From: Octopus vulgaris
Taxonomy: Eukaryota
Length of the DNA stretch: 64,000 nt
NCBI GenBank assembly: GCA_951406725.2
Contig: OX597822.1
Location: forward strand, 108,314,001 to 108,378,000
Direction: 5' to 3'
Positions 54,177-64,000 of this stretch are shown here, one piece after another; the stretch's first letter is position 1; every line of letters starts with the position of its first letter. The position numbers and the translations under genes were made by a program. Under the pieces are notes generated by a model that had not been told where the DNA came from, did no database searches, and worked only from the letters and a program-made list of their open reading frames with translations.

Positions 54177-55544
54177 TCACATATTGTTTACGTACATAAA
54201 GCCTGTATTTTTCTGACAGCAGAAGTAAAATGTGAATTTAATAGTAATTTTTTATTATTAATTCAACAATATTTTCACGCAATATCAAACAGAATCAAAT
54301 AACAGTAATTAATGTAACTTTATATTCTGTTCTTGGTGGCTGTGGAAGTTTTTTCAATAATCTGTTATGTAATTCATGTAATATGTACTTTCTGACTTTT
54401 GATTCGGTGTTTGTCATCGTTATTATTATTCTAATTTGCCGTTTGTTTTCTATTTTCCGTCTTATCGAATTCTGCCAACAGTAAGTATAAACACGTCAAC
54501 AAAGCTTCAATTTCATTGGTGCGTGTAAATTCTCAAGTCGATATAGCATTTAAATATTACATTGGATGTTATAAAATCGTACTTATTCTTTACAATTGAG
54601 TTATGATTTTTTTTTTCGATTTGTTGACAAATCTAACAATTCTACTAATATTTTAGTTTTCTTTCAGACCACTATATATGGAAGCCATAATTCAAAATAA
54701 CACGTCATGACGACGAAATATCATGCTAGGTTTTTTGAATATTCAAATATTCCAGTTCACTAGATATAGTAATTTTTTTGTCAGCAACATGTTCAAAGTT
54801 CCGCAGCCATAATACAAAGTAAACAACTGAGCGTTGCATGTCATATTAAGAATATCACTTAAAAATGAAATAGAAGACAAGTGGACCAATAAATTTGCTT
54901 TTCGGATAAATCAATAAACAGAAATAAGAGGACATTGTTTTTATATACTATTTTAAACAATTTTTACCACATGTTGTTCGCCAAGAGAAAGGATGGAAGA
55001 GTACATATCATTAAAAATTAAAAAAAAAAAATCCCAAATAGGGCTCAAAATTTTAGTCTCATGTAATAATAGTGCAATCCCTGAATAGTGACAGGGAATT
55101 GCTCATGATTAGTGCAGAGGCAAAATACATCTGAAATGTTAATAACACGTAGTTTTGACAGATGTTATTCAAAAATACTGTTAAATACGGCTTATAGTCA
55201 GCATACAAGATTCACGCACGTGCGCACACCCTCACACGCGCACACACATGCACACACACGCGCGCGCACACACACATATGAGGAAAAATGCAAGAGTAGA
55301 AAGTGTGAAAAAATACCAAAATGGAGTATGAGAAAATAAATAAAATTGATTAAAACTTGCAAGATTTTAGAGATGCGAAAATATTGTAAGAAATATAGAG
55401 AAGCAGATCTTTTTAGAAACACGACCTCGATATTATGGCATATACCTGGAAATCAGAAGGCCTCTTCGATACGAAATAATTTGAAGCCAAAATATCGTAA
55501 TGTATAGGAAAGTTATACTTCATGGAAAGCAATATTATTTTCTC

Positions 55545-56135
55545 CTTTAGGCAGAATGCCCGTAATTTTGGGGGAGGGGCCAGTCGATTAAATCGGCCCC
55601 AGGACGCAACTTGTACTTAACTTATCGACCCCGAAAGGATGACAGGCGAAGAAGAACTCGGCGGAATGTGAACTCAGAACGTAAAGACAGACGAAATACT
55701 GTTAAGTATTTCGCCTGGCGTGCTAACGTTTCTTATTTCATTACTGCCCACAATAAGCTTCGCACAGAGGGGACAAACAAGGAAAGAGAAACGGATTAAG
55801 TTGATTATATCGACCCCAGTGCGTAACTGGTACTTATTTAATCGACCCCGAAAGGATGAAAGGCAAAGTAGACCTCGGCGGAATTTGAACTCAGAACGTA
55901 GTGGTAGACGAAATACCTATTTCTTTACTGCCCACAAGGGGATAAACACAGAGAGGACAAACGGATTAAGTCGATTATATCGATCCCAGTGTGTAACTGG
56001 TACGTATTTAATCGACAACGAAAGGATGAAAGGCAAAGTCGACCTCGGCAGAATTTGTACTTAGAACGTAGCGGTAGACGAAATACCGCTAAGCATTTCG
56101 CCCGTCGTGCTAACGTTTCTGCTAGCACGCCGTCT
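55545..56135 (-). mobile_element. Tandem trimer of family-2 SINE
   Basis: tcgaccccgaaaggatga..ggc.aag..gacctcggc.gaattt...agaacgta occurs three times, at ~55625, ~55842 and ~56012. Confidence 0.85.
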
Positions 56136-57562
56136 TTGAAAACTGTAAGTATTGTGGCAGCAATTTACGAACTAGCAGCGCAACAATATCATTGCAAATT
56201 TTCTTTTAAATTAACGAAATCTATTGCTGAAAATTCAAACGAAGTACAATGAATTATGAACGTTCAAAATAAAACTAACAACTTCATAGCGGTAATTATA
56301 AACTTAAGCAGTGAAATACGAAGATGACGCTAAATTTTTAAAGGAAATTGTCGAAAATAGATTTTTAAAGAAATTCCTATGTGGTTATTAAAGTATAATT
56401 AATTACCTAAAAATAAAGCTAAATATCACACAGGTACATACGCAAGCACACGCAATAGTCATCTCATAATTACATCCGCTTTATACACATATATACACAT
56501 ACATGTAAACATGTATATACAAATATGTGTGTATATTAGTATCCACACAAACTCACACTCTGTATATTGTTGTGTCTGACTTTCTTTGCTGTGTGTGTAT
56601 ATATATATATATCTGCGTGTGCATACACACATAACTTACTCGCACACATGTATTCGTGCATGTATATAGGTATACATGCTTTATATGACAAAATGTGTGC
56701 TATGTGTGAGTGTTGATTTATGTGTGTACGTGTGTATATATGAATATATATATATATACATACACACATGCATATATATTTATATATATACATACATAGA
56801 TAAATATATATGTGTGTTACTTTATATGTATTCGGTTACGAGAATTGTTGCACATACATGTATATATCTCCATATATGTGTGTGCGTGTATATGTGAATA
56901 TATATATAAAAAAATAAGAAAGAATGAAAAAGCTACAGAAGCCTTGTGTTATAAGGTTAACTCTCTCACCTATATATATATATATATACTTATAGTTAGA
57001 TGCGTATATATATATATATATATGTATGTATATGTAGGTATATGCACTGAATTAAAAGTGGAATGCTTTTTTACCATTGTTAAACATGTTAATATATTTT
57101 TATATAAATTTCCCGCACCGTTATAAACAAATTACCTGAGTATTTATTTTATCTCCTCACTCATATTATACACTTATTCACTGCAATTTACCATTCAACC
57201 TCTATTTATTTACCCATTATTACCCCAATTACATTCATATATTATTCATTACTCACTAAAACAATATATAACCTCCTAATCTGGGCATATGCCAATATTA
57301 GTCATAACACAATATTCAGTCTGCTGTGATGATTTTAAAATGCAACACTTCAACCTAGCGGTATATCATTTTCAAACCTTCTCAATAGAATATGCCTAAT
57401 ATAATGATTTCATTATTTCTTATTTAGTCTGTTTGGCCTAACTGAAGCAGCTGTAAGGGACTATGTTTGATATTTGCAGATAATAAATTTATGTTAGGTG
57501 TTATATCTCCACTTTCTTACTTTCTGTTTGAATGACACACACACACGCACACACACACACAC

Positions 57563-57625
<63 letters not shown>

Positions 57626-57654
57626 ATAATGATAATAAGTGATATATATGCATA

Positions 57655-58200
57655 TGTGGGCACAGGACGTCACCAACTGTGCAAACAACATGAAATACAT
57701 AAAGAAACGCGTTAAATACAGAAATAATGAAATTGGAAAACAGGACAAGTAAACAGAGAAAGAATCCTTCATCAGTTGTCATTTCGAGCATTAAACCACA
57801 AAATGAGTCTTCAAAGACAGTTGCTTTCATAAATTCTAAATTAAAATTTTGCATTTATGGAGGGTCAAAATTGCAAAAATTACAGGACAGTTTAGACATG
57901 CAATGAAACCGAACGAAAACACAAATGGAGGGTCGTTAGATTAGAATGAGAGGAAAATATTGAACGTTGGAAGAAATATTTTCTTTGAAAAGAGAAAAGA
58001 TAGAAGAGAGAGAAAAAACGTCCAATATTTTGATCGTCCGTGCAGAAAAAAGAAAAATGTAGGATGATCACGTGTCAGCAACGAGAGAGAGAATGAGGCG
58101 GGGTGAGGGAGAGACAGATAGAAAACGGTGAATGTGTAGGGAGAGAAAAGGGAGTTGGAAATGGATGGAGAAAGAAAACAGTATAGAGTGGTGTTGCATC
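57655..58200 (-). mobile_element. PLE-type terminal repeat fragment
   Basis: 57658-57780 is homologous to both arms of the 58517-58785 inverted repeat and is adjacent to microsatellite. Confidence 0.55.
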
Positions 58201-58374
58201 AAAAAGGTGAAGATAAACCTATTTGGAAATGGATGCATGACATTCAATTAAATAATAATAAATGATATATATATATATAGTTAATCCAAACAAGAAAACA
58301 AAAAACACAAGAACGCGAGGACGTGGAACAAATATAGTATTATTGGATGCTCAGGAAAGAAGGAAAGAAGGAGG

Positions 58375-58409
58375 GTTTAACGTTTCGAGCGGAGCTCTTC
58401 GTCGGAAAC
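58375..58409 (-). ncRNA. Minimal hammerhead (family E, U4 to C variant)
   Basis: gttt-CCGACGA-a-gagc[tcc]gctc-GAA-ACGT-T-aaac, within a ~210-bp insert between (TA)n tracts. Confidence 0.7.
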
Positions 58410-58516
58410 ATAGGAGAAGGAAAGATCCAGAGAAGGGATGACAGAGGAAAAAAATCGCCAACGGTCCACACGAGGTCACATTTTGAAACATATATATATA
58501 TATATATACATCCGTA

Positions 58517-58785
58517 TATGGGGTCTAGGACGTCACAAACTGTGCAAACAACTTGAAATGCGTAAACAAATAAGTTAAATACGTAAACCACGTGAGGAAG
58601 AAATGGAAAACGGGACAATTAAAAACAAGGAAAGACCCTCCATCAGTTGTCGGCTGTCTATCTTGGTAGGTACTTTGTTTTTACTTGTCCTTTTCCCCCA
58701 TTTTCTTTCGTTGTTTACGTATTTATCTCGTCTGTTTACTTATTTCATGCTGTTTGCACAGTTGATGACGTCTTGTGCCCATATG
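58517..58785. repeat. Imperfect inverted repeat (~110-bp arms), PLE terminal type
   Basis: ggacgtcacaaactgtgcaaacaac...aaatacgtaaac versus gtttacgtattt...ctgtttgcacagttgatgacgtct. Confidence 0.75.
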
Positions 58786-59999
58786 TGTACATACACACGT
58801 ACACACATAAATACATTAATATCCATTTCTATTTATTCAATCCAATTATGAATGTTTACAAGAAGGACTTCAGTTTGAACAATTTTCATGACGTTTCATA
58901 TTTAGATGTTGCTATTATATTCATTCAATTGTTAAACATAAATAAATCTCGGAATTAAATACTTTTGAATCACTGGCCAAACCTGAATATATATACATAT
59001 ATATATATATATATTCGGAAGCCTACTACGGGTCTCTAGCTTCAGCCTCAGCTATGAACTTGGAACCTAACGGATGGCCAGTTATAACACTTACGCAGCG
59101 TACCTATTGTTTTTATAACAACAGTGAACTAAACTCCTCATATTCTATATACCTATACGGCACGTTCTTCTGATTGCATCGACCAAACCTACTCACAAGG
59201 CTCGGAGCTGTTGCGGAAGGTACTGGCTTGGGTTTGAACCCGGAACAAAGTGGTTCTTATGGCACAACCATGCATATACCTACACACACATGCCAGTCCG
59301 CACGCATGTACGCGCGCGCATACAGACACACATACATTATATATATATATATATATATATACAGACACACACACATATATATAACGATATATATTTATAA
59401 CGTTATATTTACATTCTTACGGAATTTAACATTATAAAATGTCAACCAAGCACATTATATTCAATTTCGCATTCCTAGCATACGCTGAGTGTTCGTAAAA
59501 TATTAATGCTTTTATCACTTATGTAATAAATGCAAGATATGGAAATTTTGGTCAGCATTTCAGTTTTTAGCTAAATTGTGTGCGAATTTTAAAATCGTTT
59601 GTTTTATAGTGGAACAAAAGAAAAGCGTTGGCAACCGAATCATAAAACTTTATATTTTTTTTTTTTGTCTGAGTAAAAGATAACGAATATTTTAATATTT
59701 GTGTACTACCTACAACCTAGTTATTGCGAATTGTTAACATGTGAAATTATTTTGAAATTTTTAGTACCATTTTTTGGCGCATTATTTCATGTATGTATTG
59801 GTAGAATACAAACCTCTTCCTTTGTCTCTCAAAAAATGCACATTCAGAACTTAATTTAGCAGATACTGCCAGAACCAAAGTCTCTATGAAATGAATTCGG
59901 GTTCTCATGTTTAGGAAGAAAATTTAATATCAAGAAGTATTGCACATATCTACACGCATAATTCGCGATGCTGAGGGCCAAAGGAGTTAGCAAGCTCAG

Positions 60000-60650
60000 C
60001 TGCTGGGGATGTGGGATCGAACTCACTGACCAGGCAACGGTGGAGGATTTGAAAGGGATTGCGGAGGAGATTGTGCTACCTGATGGCTTGGAAATGGGAA
60101 TGAAGGTAGAGGGCGGGCCGCCTGTATGTTTTGAATGTTGAGAGAAGGGCCACATAAAGGCGAGGTGGTCGCAGAGAGAGCAGAGGGAGAGGCGGGAAAA
60201 TGTGGAGCGGGTGGTACAGGGGGAGAGTGAAGAGAGGACAGCGGAGGAGGAATTTACAGTAGTGGAAGGAAAAAGAAGGAGAAGCAGAAGAGCGAGTCCG
60301 CCGCCAGGTAACCAGGAAAAGAAGAAAGAAGAGGTGGGAAGGAAAGATGCGACCAGAAGGAAGGAAGACAAAAGATTGGTGGAGAAAGAAAGTGAAAAAA
60401 ATAATTGGGAAGGTATGCAAGAATGAGTTACAGAATGAGGAGGCATTGTTGAAGACGTCAGTTGATTTAGCAAAGGAGAAAAATTCAGGAGTGTAACTGC
60501 ATGAGGGTGAAATAGAGAAATTGTAGAGACAGAGAAAGACAAAGTTTTAGAAATAGATGACAGTGATATAGAGACATGGTTAAGAGAAGAGGCAGAAAAG
60601 GTAAAATCACCAGAAATAGAAGTAGAAAAGAGAAAATGAAGAAGAGGAAA
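60000..60650 (+). mobile_element. L1/Tx1-like LINE ORF1 remnant with decayed CCHC zinc knuckle
   Basis: IVLPDGLEMGMKVEGGPPVCFEC*EKGHIKARW followed by a charged EEFTVVEGKRRR region, with stops. Confidence 0.6.
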
Positions 60651-61144
60651 AAAAATATTTGGAACTTCGTAACATATGCTTCGACATACACACAGAGATA
60701 AATTCATATATTCATTTTATAATTACAAACATTCATTCATAATTACATACGTGAAACCATATATTCATGCATAGATATATACATGCTCCATCTGAGTAAA
60801 AGCTATCTTCGACGAAATGTAGAGAACCCATCTGCTATTGAATAAATACATACATTGAATAAGGGATATTGGCGGAACAGCCCCATCGACGCTTCTACCA
60901 GAAGCAAACAAGTTAGGACTCTATATTGTTGCTCTGAGACGAGCAACAAAACGTATGTACCATCATAGAGGTCTTTGCCATTCTGATGTGATTATCTCAT
61001 CCAAAATTAAAACATAGCTAGAGACAACCGCTTCGAAAACCTTCAGCTTCTGTACCCAGAGAAATAAATTCACACTTATATTAATTATTATTGGTGTTGG
61101 TTATGTTTATAAATATCTGTTTGAAAATCTAAACATGCTAGAGT

Positions 61145-61564
61145 GGCGTGGACTAGGCGCAGGAGTGGCTGTGTGGTAAGTAGCTTGTTTACAAACCACA
61201 TGGTTCCGGGTTCAGTCCCACTGCGTGGCATCCTGGGCAATTGTCTTTTGCTATAGCCCCGGGCCGACCAATGCCTTGTGAGTGGATTTGGTAGACGGAA
61301 ACTGAAAGAAGCCTGACGTATATATGTATTATATATATATATGTGTGTGTGTGTGTAGGTTTGTGTGTCTGTGTTTGTACCCCTACATTGCTTGACAACC
61401 GATGCTGGTGTGTTTACGTCCCCGTCACTTAGCGGTTCGGCAAAAGAGACCGATAGAATAAGTACTGGACTTATAAAGAATAAGTTCTGGGGTCGATTTG
61501 ATCGACTAAAGGCGGTGCTCCAGCATGGCCGTAGTCAAATGACTGAAACAAGTAAAAGAAAAGA
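61145..61564 (+). mobile_element. Full-length tRNA-derived SINE (family 1) with 10-bp TSD
   Basis: Complete head, body and tail. The direct repeat atgctagagt is at 61135-61144 and 61565-61574. Confidence 0.92.
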
Positions 61565-62902
61565 ATGCTAGAGTTTTCAGAAAAGGAAATTAACCAGTTA
61601 AGTTGCATATTAGAAATGAATCTGTTATGGGAACAAACAAAATAGGTAAGAATTTCATATTCATGCTCTACATGTAACATTGGTTTTGTTACTTAAACTG
61701 CAACAATACAGCATTTTATCTTTGTTAGAAACCAACCTTTTCCATTCGCGCAGAATTCATAAAATTAAAAATAGAAGATAACGTACAAATACACATAGAT
61801 ACAGATGTAGAAACAGAGATGCCTGTATACTTGCTTTTGCTATGCGCGCATAAGTATACATAAATACGCCCGTATATCCACGTGATATACACACACGCAC
61901 GTACTCATGCTTACACATTCTCTTTAATACGTATATATGTATGTATGTATAATGCATGAATTTATGTGTTCGTGCGTGTGTTTTCCTGTGTGCACACGAG
62001 AAGTATAGAAACGAAATAATGCTAATTATTTAATCAGTAGATACAATCCATTACAGAAGCCCCAGTAATTTTCGCATTAATAAATACTTAATATGTTGTA
62101 AGTATTCCGCATCCAGTCTTGTATTCTATTCTTTGTTTTCAAAAAGTTTTTCTGTTTCGTTATGTGTTTGTTGTGAGATCATAAAAAGTGATTTTATCTG
62201 AGGGGTAGATATTTATACCTTATTTCTATATTTTTGATTGATGCAAACGTTGGAAATACACAAAGGAAATACGCAAAGTTCTCGCATAGAAACAAAGAAA
62301 ATTGTAATAAGGGATGGTAAATTACAGAGGAAATGGAACACCGATGATTCGCAGACTATAATTACGATAAACACGGAGATGGGGGTTGAAGACGCTGAAG
62401 ACGATGTGGATGGTGTAGTTGTTGAGAATGGTTTGATTATAGTAATGATTGTGATTATGGTGATGATGATGATGATGGTGGTGATGATGAGGATGAGGAG
62501 GATTGCAGTGGTGGTGTTGGAGTAAAGTATAATGATGACAGTCATTATGATAATGATGATTGTAATAACGTGTTCGGTGGCGGGTAAGGCGTAGCTGGCG
62601 ACGATGATGATAACTAAGATGATTGGGGGTTTGAAGTAGTGTGGTAGTGATGGTACTTGTCTCGATAATAACTATGATCGTGTTGACGATTTTGATGATG
62701 ATTTTGTACAAAATGACGATGATGATGCGGAGGAGTAGGAGTAGGAGTAGGAGCTGTAAGTGGAGAAGTATGACAACGATGACTACGTCGTAAATTACGA
62801 TGTTTATGCGGATGAAAACAATGATGACGATGGTTATTTTAATATTGTCAGATCACGCTGCTGTTAATGATGGCTCGTTTGTTAATGGCAATGGAAATTA
62901 GG

Positions 62903-63838
<936 letters not shown>

Positions 63839-64000
63839 AACATGATCATGATACGACGATGGGAAAATAACGGTATTGCTTTTGTTGATGTGAGTTTGTG
63901 TTCTTAAATAGATATTAATTTTACACAAGGTTGGTCAGTAATTTACATTAATTATACTCAATTTCAGCCCTTTTTTTTTCTGGTTATATTTAAAGGATTC

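Noticed and set aside
57760-57785. Minus-strand CTGATGAagg in a PLE-type repeat
   Set aside because: No downstream GAAA or stem III found in this copy or in the 58517-58785 arms.
59856-60707. 283-aa minus-strand S/L/F-rich ORF
   Set aside because: It is the antisense shadow of a purine-rich LINE ORF1 remnant on the plus strand.
62213-62830. ORFs in the GAT/GGT-rich region
   Set aside because: Decayed trinucleotide repeats with no splice or domain support.

Overview
This window is very AT-rich, microsatellite-dense eukaryotic DNA, with (TA)n, (CA)n, (TATC)n and (AAT)n tracts. I found no convincing host protein-coding exon. The repeat content suggests an intergenic or intronic region of a coleoid cephalopod (Octopus-like) genome, which is inference only. 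Almost all ORF-track entries are microsatellite artefacts. The recognisable content is transposon debris: Penelope-like element (PLE) fragments (three GIY-YIG endonuclease remnants and one RT N-terminal remnant), CR1-type LINE pieces, an R4/Dong-like 3' end inserted in (AAT)n, an L1/Tx1-like ORF1 zinc-knuckle remnant, Tc1/mariner remnants, two non-autonomous Helitrons, three families of tRNA-derived SINEs and a 5S rRNA pseudogene. The strongest hidden signal is about 16 minimal type-I hammerhead ribozyme (HHR) motifs in about 8 families, most with a palindromic stem III. They sit in tandem or inverted PLE-type terminal repeats. Two arrangements stand out: a near-perfect 560-bp tandem array with one HHR per unit (retrozyme-like), and a composite non-autonomous element built from a tRNA-like Pol III head, (AAT)n and an HHR-bearing PLE-type tail. 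All structure calls were made by eye and were not checked by folding or database search.
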